A stretch of DNA of 46,438 nt, taken from a virus. Both the position numbers and the translations under genes were made by a program. Numbering within the stretch: position 1 is the stretch's first letter; each line of letters opens with the position of its first letter. The notes beneath the pieces were generated by a model. That model was not told where the DNA came from. It was given only the letters and a program-made list of their open reading frames with translations, and did no database searches. The DNA is taken from the IMG/VR virus record IMGVR_UViG_3300045988_112125; one strand, written 5' to 3'. This document shows, in pieces, positions 1 through 8,344 of this stretch.

Positions 1-55
1 CCGTCTAGCCACTGCGTCATCATTTATACTGGCTGCCTGCATTACAGCACCCCCA
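1..55. repeat. Terminal direct repeat, left copy (identical to 46384..46438)
   Basis: Read directly: bases 1-55 equal the last 55 bases of the window. An exact 55-nt overlap is typical of a circular contig from a k=55 assembly. Confidence 0.9.
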
Positions 56-65
56 CTAGGGGGTG
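48..65. terminator. GC-rich hairpin next to the stop codon of 66..275
   Basis: CACCCCC-acta-GGGGGTG, 7-bp stem. The T-rich tract (ttatttta) lies on the plus-strand side only, so its role for minus-strand transcripts is uncertain. Confidence 0.3.
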
Positions 66-275
66 TTATTTTATGGTAATCTCGATACCACTTTTAAAGT
101 AAACTTTGTTGTCTGTATGTTTGTACCCTTTAGCAATCATTATAGCTGCAATTTGATTGAGCTGCCTTTGTGTCATGTCCAGAAGCAGGTAGGCTCTATA
201 TCCGAGCTCGTCAATCACTACCTCTCCATTATCGTTTATCTGTCTGAGTATTGAATTGAAGTTACTTACCTTCAT
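66..275 (-). CDS. Hypothetical protein (69 aa)
   Basis: ORF with AGGAGGT RBS 6 nt upstream of the ATG, tightly packed after 290..586. No family recognised. Confidence 0.6.
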   Translation of the reverse strand: MKVSNFNSILRQINDNGEVVIDELGYRAYLLLDMTQRQLNQIAAIMIAKGYKHTDNKVYFKSGIEITIK

Positions 276-289
276 GTGTATACCTCCTA

Positions 290-586
290 TTAATATTTTT
301 CATAGTAGTATTTGCTACTGCTATTATCTGTGTTCCAGAACTCTGTCCTGAACAGCTTGACCTCTACATCAGTCTTAATTGCGACACCCTTTACATCTAC
401 TTCAACGGTCTGTGTGAACCACTCAGGGCTGTAGGACTCGTACCAGATGGCCCCGTCATCAAAAATGTATTCTTTATGATACCTGCTGTACTCGTCCATG
501 CTGGATGTCTGAATTGTAAACTCATTGTCGTGCTTATTAAAGAACGCCTGCTTGTCCTGAATGTACTCCTCGTATTTTACTGTCAT
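290..586 (-). CDS. Hypothetical protein (98 aa; start moved to MTVKYEE)
   Basis: AAGGAGG RBS 7 nt upstream of the ATG at 586. The ORF-track start at 592 sits too close to the RBS. Confidence 0.6.
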   Translation of the reverse strand: MTVKYEEYIQDKQAFFNKHDNEFTIQTSSMDEYSRYHKEYIFDDGAIWYESYSPEWFTQTVEVDVKGVAIKTDVEVKLFRTEFWNTDNSSSKYYYEKY

Positions 587-628
587 GTACATACCTCCTT
601 GATAAATGCCTTAACTGATTGTATCACT

Positions 629-657
629 ATTATTGCACACTTTTGAGAAAAAGTCAA
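629..657 (-). promoter_or_regulatory. SigA-type promoter (TTGACT-17-TGcAATAAT)
   Basis: Minus strand reads TTGACT tttttctcaaaagtgtgc AATAAT with an A-rich tract upstream. Member of a 7-copy family. Confidence 0.7.
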
Positions 658-717
658 CACTTTTCGACAAAGTTTTTAAAAATTATGCGTCCCTAGTAAA
701 ACTAGAGGAAGCTGCCA

Positions 718-1884
718 CTAGGACAACTTCGCTCTGGTTAACTCGGTCTGCTTTACTCCACGGGACTCGTTATGGGACTTGACTGTGGCAGTGATGAGGC
801 CAGTGTAGGTATCAGGAATGTATTTAGATGTCTTCCATGTATAAGTGTTGCCTGCATCGTCCAGCAGCTTGTACAGGAAGGTGGTTCCGTATATGGTGTC
901 CCATGCTGTTAAAGTAGATACAGATGTACACTGAAATTTGATTCTATCACCTACACAGCCTACATGAGTGGAATTGAGCTCAGAAGCTTTCTTACGCTGG
1001 AGCTCCTGCTCTCTTTCGACTTCTTTTAAATAAGAAGGAATCAGGCTGGCCATGAATCCGAGATTTTTGCTGGTGGTATACTGCTCTGAGCAGATAGTCT
1101 TAAGATTGTGAATATAGTCTGTAGTAACCTGTTGACTGGATATCCAGATCAGTGCAGCCTTGACTGTGTCTGTTACTTCCTTACGGGTGATGTCAATATC
1201 GTATATATCCATTTCATACAGGAGTCTTTCCTGTTCTTTGTGGGGGAAGTAGTTTCCGTGAGCTGCTTGCAGGTAGTTGAATGCGGTCTGCTTTGTGCTG
1301 TCAGCACCTGCTTCTGTCTTGGAGTACCCAAAACGCTTTACGCATTCATAAACATATGCAAGATACTCTTCTGTGTTGTAATAGCTGGTATAAGAAAAGC
1401 CCTCGTAAGGGGTTTCGCCCTTGATAAACTCATCGTATAAGGAGATATAAGAAGCTACAGCCTCAGCTGACAGCCCATGGGTAAAATCACAAAGGCAGCT
1501 GGCACCTACCTGCTTGAACTCGTCTGTGAGGGTATTGTGTACAAGGTATACATTTTTACGTCTACGTCTTGTACCACAGTGCTCACAGATTGGTTCTGTA
1601 TGGTAGTAACGATCTGGTATAGTGATGTCATGTTTGAACTTGCGAATTACTGTTCCAGCTGGAAGGAAGTCCAGTGTTGCTATAAACTCCCAATCTGACT
1701 GAACGGCTGTTCCCTCTGCTTCAACAACGAGGTAACGGTATGTATTGCCATCCATGTCCTGTTTAAACTCCTCCCCCACTACTGAGTAGTGAAAAGAACA
1801 GCCGTATTTATTACACTTATTCTGTATTCTAGTGAGCTTCTTCTCAAGTCTTGTCATGTTCTTTTCGTAAATGCTGTATCTCAT
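718..1884 (-). CDS. Hypothetical Zn-ribbon-containing protein (389 aa; start moved to MRYSIYEK)
   Basis: GGAGGT RBS 6 nt before the ATG at 1884. Contains CEHC and CLC cysteine pairs. The C-terminal ~80 aa look like a small beta domain. No family recognised. Confidence 0.65.
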   Translation of the reverse strand: MRYSIYEKNMTRLEKKLTRIQNKCNKYGCSFHYSVVGEEFKQDMDGNTYRYLVVEAEGTAVQSDWEFIATLDFLPAGTVIRKFKHDITIPDRYYHTEPICEHCGTRRRRKNVYLVHNTLTDEFKQVGASCLCDFTHGLSAEAVASYISLYDEFIKGETPYEGFSYTSYYNTEEYLAYVYECVKRFGYSKTEAGADSTKQTAFNYLQAAHGNYFPHKEQERLLYEMDIYDIDITRKEVTDTVKAALIWISSQQVTTDYIHNLKTICSEQYTTSKNLGFMASLIPSYLKEVEREQELQRKKASELNSTHVGCVGDRIKFQCTSVSTLTAWDTIYGTTFLYKLLDDAGNTYTWKTSKYIPDTYTGLITATVKSHNESRGVKQTELTRAKLS

Positions 1885-1923
1885 GTCTGTACCTCCATAT
1901 AATTCATAACTGATTGTAAAGAA

Positions 1924-1952
1924 ATTATAGCACGAATATTGAAAAAAGTCAA
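1924..1952 (-). promoter_or_regulatory. SigA-type promoter (TTGACT-17-TGcTATAAT)
   Basis: Minus strand reads TTGACT tttttcaatattcgtgc TATAAT. It drives 718..1884. Confidence 0.75.
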
Positions 1953-1989
1953 TCATTTTTTACTCAGAAAAGTAACAATTTTTCATAAG

Positions 1990-2529
1990 CGATTTTCGGA
2001 CGAAAAATCAGTTTTTTCCGCCGATTTTTGCGTGATTTTCGGAAAACGGTGGACTTTTCTGGGTGCTTCAAAAATCGGCAGAAATCGGCGGAATTATATG
2101 AAAAATTTTTCAAAAATCGGCGCAAAAATCGGAAAATTATATGAAAAGTCCTTCAAAAATCGCCAGAAATCGTCTATGGAAAACATTAAGGAATAATGGA
2201 AATTTCATAGACGATTTTTGAGCATTTTTCAAATTGCGTTGTGGACGAATGAAGGATGCACTCACAAAAGTCCCGATCGTGTGTTTCAAAAATCGGCGGT
2301 TTTTTAGCAGAAATCGGCAAGAAATCGGCGAAAAACATATAGACCTGAACAAGTCCTTCTTCAAAAATCGTCTATGGAAAACATTATAATCGTGATTTTT
2401 TCATAGACGATTTTCCGACATTTTTTCAACTCAGAACGGAAAGAAAAAATTTTCGCCAAAAAAAGTGGCGAAAAAATTTCGAAAACAAAAAGAACTGCTG
2501 CAAAAATCGTCTATGAAAAATCGTCTATG
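1990..2529. repeat. Iteron array (AAATCG core; sub-families AAATCGGC and AAATCGTCTATG)
   Basis: I counted 16 exact AAATCG/CGATTT hexamers (12 forward, 4 reverse) in ~540 bp. The 12-mer AAATCGTCTATG occurs 6 times, including two convergent pairs (2167/2206 and 2365/2402) and one tandem pair (2504/2518). Confidence 0.85.
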
Positions 2530-2790
2530 GAGCATTGTCTTATGAAATAGGAAATTTTTTCCTGATTTTCCTGCGGTTTCATTGGTCTGATGCTTCGCAT
2601 CATCGACCGGTTTTTTCACGGCTAACGCCGGGTCTAGGCAATCCTCCCTGGGGCGGTGCAAGCACAGGAACGGGTTCCTTCTGATTTTTGTTTTGTGGTC
2701 TGGGTTGGACTACCCCTCGATGAAAGAAAAGAAATCTGATAGCGAAAAACGCCCCAGAACGAGTGATTTTGAGACTTATAAAAGTAAAGG

Positions 2791-2819
2791 TTGACTTTCT
2801 CTTCCCGGTGCGGCAAAAT
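2791..2819 (+). promoter_or_regulatory. Candidate late-operon promoter (TTGACT-17-CAAAAT)
   Basis: Has the same aaaagt..TTGACTTT context as the early promoters, but a weak -10 and no TGn. It lies 43 nt upstream of terS. Confidence 0.4.
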
Positions 2820-2861
2820 TGTAGCATAGACGAGAAACACTGAGGAAAGGAGGGAAAAAGA

Positions 2862-3563
2862 TTGCCTAAACGCAAAAGGGTAGCAAGGAAAAGCAAAGTA
2901 CATAACTACAAAGAAGTATTCCTAATAGAAGTTCCTGAGCATACCCATAAACGGTATAAATGGGTTGGAGATCGTACCGTATTGATTGATATGCGTGGGA
3001 TATACCGTCCTGTCGGTGGTAACCCGGATAGAGCCTATAAACGAAGATTCAAAAGCCCTGAACACCTTAAAGCACTATGTGATGAGTACTTTGCAAGCTG
3101 TGAAGGAGTTATCTATAACCCCAAGACTGGTAAACCATACGAGGATAGTAATGGTTACCCGGTAACCGGACAAGTAAAACCATATACTGTCAGTGGTCTG
3201 GCGTTATTCCTCGGTCTGGAAACCAAAACACTGCTGAAATATGAGTCCGGTATGATGGACTCTATCGGTTTTTCAGAATATGAACAGCTGGAATACAGCA
3301 AGGTAATGAGACAAGCTAAGCAGCGTATTGAAGAATATGCCGAGGCTGGACTATATAACAAAGACAGCTTCAACGGTGCACGGTTTGTACTGGGCTGTGG
3401 CTTTAAGTGGTGGGTAACTCAGAAAGAGTTAGCTGAGATAGAACATATCAGAGCTGCTACAGATATAAGACGCAAAGAGTATAAGCTCAAGAAAAAAGCT
3501 CTTATAGGCGATGATTCTGAGCCGGTAACTATCACTATAACACGTGCTAATAAAGAGATATAA
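2862..3563 (+). CDS. terS: Terminase small subunit
   Basis: TTG start with AAGGAGGG RBS. The motif LCDEYFASCEG...PYTVSGLALFLGLETKTLLKYE is typical of gp3-type TerS, and the gene sits directly upstream of terL. Confidence 0.8.
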   Translation: MPKRKRVARKSKVHNYKEVFLIEVPEHTHKRYKWVGDRTVLIDMRGIYRPVGGNPDRAYKRRFKSPEHLKALCDEYFASCEGVIYNPKTGKPYEDSNGYPVTGQVKPYTVSGLALFLGLETKTLLKYESGMMDSIGFSEYEQLEYSKVMRQAKQRIEEYAEAGLYNKDSFNGARFVLGCGFKWWVTQKELAEIEHIRAATDIRRKEYKLKKKALIGDDSEPVTITITRANKEI

Positions 3564-3597
3564 GGTTTATAGGTATCACCATAGGCGATAAGGGTAT

Positions 3598-4923
3598 ATG
3601 AACATAGAAAAGCAGGTAAATCCTAGGTTTGATAACTTTATATTTGACTGGGACTATAAAACTTATCTGTTGGTTGGTGGTTATGGTAGCAGTAAATCAT
3701 ACCACGTAGCCTTGAAAATTATACTGAAGTTACTGAGTGAGAAACGTAAGGCGTTGGTAGTCCGAGAAGTGTATGACACACATAGGGATAGTACTTTCTC
3801 ACTATTCAAGGAAATACTTGAAGAGCTAGAGCTACTAGCATTCAGTAGGTCAGAAGGTAAGCATAAGGTAGTGGCTAAGGAAAGCCCCTTTAAGCTAACA
3901 TTTCCTAACGGTTCTGAGGTAATATTTAAGGGTATGGACAAGCCGGAGAAACTCAAGTCCATGAACGGTGTTACAATCGTCTGGTTAGAAGAGTGTAGCG
4001 AAATTAAGTACGCCGGTTATAAGGAGTTACTGGGACGACTCAGACACCCATACCTGAGTCTACATTTTATCCTGAGTACAAACCCAGTAGGTACAGAAAA
4101 CTGGGTATTCACTCACTTCTTTAAATATGTAGATGAAGAAGGAGAAGAGCACATCAAACTTGATGATGAAAAGCTGTACAAGCGTAAGACCATCGTAAAA
4201 GATGGGGTATATTACCACCACAGTACAGCTGATGACAACTACTTCCTACCACAGTCATACATTGAACAGCTCGACGATATGAAGGAGTACGATAAGGACT
4301 TATGGCGTATCGCCAGACAGGGCCGTTTTGGTGTCAATGGCTTATTGGTACTGCCTCAGCTGGAAGTTGTAGACAGTGCAGAGGTTATGAAGGCTGTGAA
4401 CACTATATCTCCACGGTTTAAAACAATTGGTTTCGACTTCGGTTTTGAGACATCGTATAACGCTGTGGTTAAGATGGCTGTGGATGATAAAAATAAATGG
4501 CTGTATGTCTATGCCGAGTTCTATAAGAACAAGATGACTGACGACAGGACAGCTAAAGCATTGGTTAAGTGGGATAGTCACATCAAGGAAGAAATGATTA
4601 TTGCAGACTGTGAAGACCCCAAGGCCATACAGTACTACTTTCAGGAAGGATTCAAGATAAGGGGCTGTAAGAAATTCCCCGGTTCAAGGCTGGCTAACAC
4701 TAAGAAGTGTAAGAGATTTAAACGGATAATCATAAGCAGTGACTGTCCAAATACCATAAGAGAGCTTAAGACCTTGACTTATAAGAAGGATACAAACGGT
4801 CAATATATCTTTGATGAATTTAATATAGACCCTCACACATTTTCTGCTATGTGGTACGGCCTTGACGGTTATACTGTAGCAGACATTAAACAACGTAAAC
4901 GTAACAGCAAACGAGGGGGTTAG
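3598..4923 (+). CDS. terL: Terminase large subunit (PBSX/Terminase_3-like)
   Basis: Walker A VGGYGSSKS, Walker B-like IVWLEE, and a C-terminal nuclease-sized domain. Length is 441 aa. Confidence 0.9.
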   Translation: MNIEKQVNPRFDNFIFDWDYKTYLLVGGYGSSKSYHVALKIILKLLSEKRKALVVREVYDTHRDSTFSLFKEILEELELLAFSRSEGKHKVVAKESPFKLTFPNGSEVIFKGMDKPEKLKSMNGVTIVWLEECSEIKYAGYKELLGRLRHPYLSLHFILSTNPVGTENWVFTHFFKYVDEEGEEHIKLDDEKLYKRKTIVKDGVYYHHSTADDNYFLPQSYIEQLDDMKEYDKDLWRIARQGRFGVNGLLVLPQLEVVDSAEVMKAVNTISPRFKTIGFDFGFETSYNAVVKMAVDDKNKWLYVYAEFYKNKMTDDRTAKALVKWDSHIKEEMIIADCEDPKAIQYYFQEGFKIRGCKKFPGSRLANTKKCKRFKRIIISSDCPNTIRELKTLTYKKDTNGQYIFDEFNIDPHTFSAMWYGLDGYTVADIKQRKRNSKRGG

Positions 4924-4932
4924 AAAGGGGGT

Positions 4933-5241
4933 ATGGTATTGTCACTACAGGAAATTGTAGGGTTGCTGGTGGCTTTTTGCACACTGCTAGGTTTTATGGG
5001 TAAGCTGATAACAACGCTCAGCGCTCTAAACTACACTATACGTAGCACAAATGAAGCTCTTGCTACCGTTCAGCAGGACTCTGAAAAGCGTTATGCACAT
5101 AACTCAGAGTCACACAAAAAGTTGTGGGAGCATAACAACGAACAAGACAGTGCTATTAAAGATCACGAAATACGGCTTACATTGATTGAAGAAAAGAATG
5201 ATATGGCTGTAGGAAGGAGAGTAAAAGATGGAGAGACTTAA
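4933..5241 (+). CDS. Membrane protein, holin-like architecture (N-terminal TM plus coiled coil)
   Basis: One N-terminal hydrophobic helix (IVGLLVAFCTLLGFMGKLI) followed by a charged helical tail. It overlaps the next holin gene. The true start may be the TTG at 4939. Confidence 0.4.
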   Translation: MVLSLQEIVGLLVAFCTLLGFMGKLITTLSALNYTIRSTNEALATVQQDSEKRYAHNSESHKKLWEHNNEQDSAIKDHEIRLTLIEEKNDMAVGRRVKDGET

Positions 5242-5506
5242 GATATCTCACTCAGTAATTGCCAGAACTGTGGTTCTGGTATTTGCCTTAACAAATCAGG
5301 TGTTTACAATGTTAGGCTGGAATCCATTACCATTTTCTGAGGAAGATGTGTATACCGGCTGCACGCTGCTGCTGACTGTATGTGCATCACTGATAGCATG
5401 GTGGCATGATAACCCTGTGACACAGGGGGCACTGCATAAGGTAGAAAATAATAAACGTCTGAGAATTGAGGACGAGCAGAGAAAACAGGCTTGTAAGGAG
5501 GTATAA
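5228..5506 (+). CDS. Holin (phiLC3/Phage_holin_1-like)
   Basis: Two hydrophobic segments and the motif AWWHDNPVTQGA, which resembles the WWKNN..T signature. It lies immediately upstream of the endolysin. Confidence 0.7.
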   Translation: MERLKISHSVIARTVVLVFALTNQVFTMLGWNPLPFSEEDVYTGCTLLLTVCASLIAWWHDNPVTQGALHKVENNKRLRIEDEQRKQACKEV

Positions 5507-5508
5507 GT

Positions 5509-6390
5509 ATGGGAAGAGATATCACACAGTGCCACCCTAGATTACAGGCAGCTGCCACAAAACTGATAGCTGAATGTGCGAAGCGTGGTATTGCAATTAA
5601 GATTGGTGAGTGTTACCGTACTGTGGCAGAGCAGGATGCTTTATATGCGCAGGGACGCACGAAGCCTGGAAACATCGTGACGAATGCCAAAGGAAGCAGT
5701 TACAGCTCACAGCATCAGTGGGGGATTGCAGCGGATTTCTACCGGGCGGACGGAAAAGGCGCGTACAACGAGTCAGGAGATTATTTCAACCGGGTTGGGG
5801 CGATCGCCAAGCAGCTGGGGCTTGCATGGGGTGGCGATTGGAAAAGCATCGTAGACAAGCCACACGTATATTTGCCGGACTGGGGGAGCGGTACTAATAT
5901 CCTTAAGAAACAGTATGGAAACCCTGAGACATTCCGTAGAACGTGGACAGGTGTAAATCCAGGCCCTATGAAGCCTGCACCCAGACCAAACCCTATCATT
6001 AAGGATGGACAGATACACGTCAACAACTTTGTAGGGGCTGGCATTCCTGTAGATGGTTATGATGGGCTTAAGACACGCAAGGCTGCTGTCATGGCTTTAC
6101 AGTCTGGTCTTATCTGGGATTATCATGTAGACATGGCACTATCAGGGGTATGGAGCTCAACATGGGATTCACTGCTTAGAGGTAAGGCAGTAAAACAGGG
6201 CAGCAAAGGAATGATGGTTACAGCCACGGAGATTCTGCTCATGCTGAAAGGGTACAATCCTAGGGGGGTTGAGTGCCCCGGTATCTGTGCAGACGGGCTT
6301 ACTAATACCATCATGAGGTACCAGAAGGAACACGGCCTCGCTGTAGATGGTATTGCTGGCTACAATACCCTCAAGTCACTGATTGGTTAG
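5509..6390 (+). CDS. Endolysin: M15 (VanY-like) peptidase plus PG_binding_1 domain
   Basis: N-terminal CYRTVAEQDALYAQGRT...SQHQWGIAADF...GGDW...DKPH. C-terminal MRYQKEHGLAVDGIAGYNTLKSL. Confidence 0.9.
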   Translation: MGRDITQCHPRLQAAATKLIAECAKRGIAIKIGECYRTVAEQDALYAQGRTKPGNIVTNAKGSSYSSQHQWGIAADFYRADGKGAYNESGDYFNRVGAIAKQLGLAWGGDWKSIVDKPHVYLPDWGSGTNILKKQYGNPETFRRTWTGVNPGPMKPAPRPNPIIKDGQIHVNNFVGAGIPVDGYDGLKTRKAAVMALQSGLIWDYHVDMALSGVWSSTWDSLLRGKAVKQGSKGMMVTATEILLMLKGYNPRGVECPGICADGLTNTIMRYQKEHGLAVDGIAGYNTLKSLIG

Positions 6391-6400
6391 GGGGTGCAGT

Positions 6401-6679
6401 ATGAAAGACGTTAAGCAGGTAAACACAAAAGCCAATGAAGAAGTAGTAGTAACCATGAACTTAAAGCGGAGCAGCTTCCTTGTGAAAAACTTCACAGGTA
6501 AAGAAATTCAGGTGTACTTAGGTGATAACCCTAACTACAGTCTGATTGGCCCAAACTCATGGGAAAGGCTGTTCAATAATGTGGATGACAGGGTATCCTC
6601 TTCCGCCGCTGCTACAAACAAAGTAAGAATCGTAGCAAAAGAGGTGGGCGTGGTAGAAGTTGCCAGCATTGACTATTAA
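6401..6679 (+). CDS. Hypothetical protein (92 aa; start moved to MKDVKQ)
   Basis: AGGGGGTG RBS upstream of the ATG at 6401. No family recognised. Confidence 0.6.
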   Translation: MKDVKQVNTKANEEVVVTMNLKRSSFLVKNFTGKEIQVYLGDNPNYSLIGPNSWERLFNNVDDRVSSSAAATNKVRIVAKEVGVVEVASIDY

Positions 6680-6691
6680 GGGGGTGACACA

Positions 6692-8332
6692 ATGAACACT
6701 GAGCCTATATACGGACGGCTCGACATGACTTATCTGTTGCATGAAAAATTCTACGGCAGTCTGGGTATAAAGATACCCTTTGTAGAGCGTGAGGCTCAAG
6801 GTGAACCCCCTTTGCTTATCACAGATGCAGCAGACAATAAAGAGCTTTTATCTTTTATTGTGTATGGTAAATCCATACAGCAGACTACAACAGGGGCGCA
6901 GCTGTTCGTATCGAAAAAATCACAAGAATCACAAGCCGGGATGACGCTGACGCAAAAAGATGATGGTGGGTGGCACCTGGAAGGAACATGTACAGCTGAC
7001 AATTTTCGGAATATTAGGTTATTAGAGCCGACTGAATATTTCACCTTGCCATCGGGAGATTATACATTATCTTTTACAGGTGCTATTCCTGATTCTGTTA
7101 CTCTTAGTATTGCTAAAGTAGCAAATGTAAACAAACAAAATGAGCAATGGACTATCCTTGGAAGTATAAATAAAAACAAAAGAAACATTGTCATATCATT
7201 AGACGGGACAGAAGAGGCACTGAGTATGTTTGTGGCTTTTCCGAACCAAGTAGCACTATCCTTTGACTTTTATGTTATGCTCAACGCCGGAGACACCGTG
7301 CTCCCTTGGGAGCCATATACAGGAGGAAACCCTTCCCCCAGTCCAGAATATAAACAGGAGCCAGTATCCTCCGGTCAGAGCGGACAGATTAAGATAGATG
7401 TGTTGGGTGGGAATTTGTTATCAAAAGAGGATTTAAAAACAGATATTTCTAACCCTATAGATGGGGTACAGTACACTATGAATAGTGATGGAAGCGTTAC
7501 CGTAAAAGGAACAGCGGATTCTACATCTACTGTGTATTATAAAAATATCATAGATAAATTGAATGATGGGGAAACATACTATTACGAAAGCAATTCTAAC
7601 GGATCCTTGCTGATAAGGTATTCAGATGGGACACCGAATGATTATTTGAAAAAAGTTATTGTGGACAAGAAAAGAATGACATCTATATCGCCCTATATCC
7701 AATTTCTTACAGGAAAACAGGTTGATAGAGTTATTTACCCTATACTCAATGTAGGCTCTTCTGCTCTTCCTTTTGAACCCTACAAACAGCCTCAGACTAT
7801 TATCCTCACAACTCCAAATGGTCTATCTGGAATCCCAGTATCCGGTGATGATTATACCTACATAGATAGTACAGGTCAGAAATGGATAGCAGATACTATT
7901 GAGTACAGGAAAGATGGTAAATGCGTAAGGGTGCAGAGGGTAAAAAAAGAAGTTTTCACAAATGCTAGTGACTATAGTGATAAAGAAAAATGTATGAATA
8001 TATATTCTTCAGAAGTTTTATCCACCGGGCAGAGAGTTAAGTGTATTTCTGATAGGTTTGTATATAAAAGTCCTCCAGAAAAAGACGAAGGTACAATATT
8101 TGCTTTTGGAAGTGTTATCAGGTTATATAAAATTTTTTCTGGAATCGATGAAGCGAATGAATGGCTAACAAAAAATCCTGTCACAGTAATATATCCACTT
8201 GCAAATCATATTGAAACTCCACTCACACCAGAAGAAATTGCAGCGTTCAAAGTACTGCATACGAATGAGCCTACCACAACGATTATGAATGACGCAGGTG
8301 CATGGACAAGGATAGGATACTATGGAAAGTAA
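6692..8332 (+). CDS. Two-module structural or receptor-binding-like protein (546 aa), function uncertain
   Basis: Two consecutive modules end in LPWEPYTGG and LPFEPYKQP. This motif type is, from memory, seen in Firmicutes phage tail or host-range proteins. GGGGGTG RBS. Confidence 0.45.
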   Translation: MNTEPIYGRLDMTYLLHEKFYGSLGIKIPFVEREAQGEPPLLITDAADNKELLSFIVYGKSIQQTTTGAQLFVSKKSQESQAGMTLTQKDDGGWHLEGTCTADNFRNIRLLEPTEYFTLPSGDYTLSFTGAIPDSVTLSIAKVANVNKQNEQWTILGSINKNKRNIVISLDGTEEALSMFVAFPNQVALSFDFYVMLNAGDTVLPWEPYTGGNPSPSPEYKQEPVSSGQSGQIKIDVLGGNLLSKEDLKTDISNPIDGVQYTMNSDGSVTVKGTADSTSTVYYKNIIDKLNDGETYYYESNSNGSLLIRYSDGTPNDYLKKVIVDKKRMTSISPYIQFLTGKQVDRVIYPILNVGSSALPFEPYKQPQTIILTTPNGLSGIPVSGDDYTYIDSTGQKWIADTIEYRKDGKCVRVQRVKKEVFTNASDYSDKEKCMNIYSSEVLSTGQRVKCISDRFVYKSPPEKDEGTIFAFGSVIRLYKIFSGIDEANEWLTKNPVTVIYPLANHIETPLTPEEIAAFKVLHTNEPTTTIMNDAGAWTRIGYYGK

Positions 8333-8344
8333 GGAGGTGATAGA

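Noticed and set aside
1990-2529. Possible CRISPR-like array
   Set aside because: The repeat units are only 8-12 nt, occur in both orientations, and have irregular, mostly very short spacing. No cas genes are present. Iterons or operator sites fit better.
2648-2757. GC-richer stretch with an 8-bp long-range inverted repeat (CTGGGGCG at 2648 / CGCCCCAG at 2750) and an AGGAA-cggg-TTCCT hairpin; possible cos/pac or RNA element
   Set aside because: A single 8-bp complement and one short hairpin are within chance expectation, and the region lies upstream of the only candidate late promoter. It is noted but not called.
1939-2903. ORF-track entries in the intergenic region (1939..2196 +, 2137..2364 -, 2431..2661 -, 2600..2896 -, 2634..2903 -)
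   Set aside because: They have no RBS. They overlap one another on both strands, and their peptides are low-complexity translations of the AAATCG repeats (KIG/RRF strings). I treat the region as non-coding.
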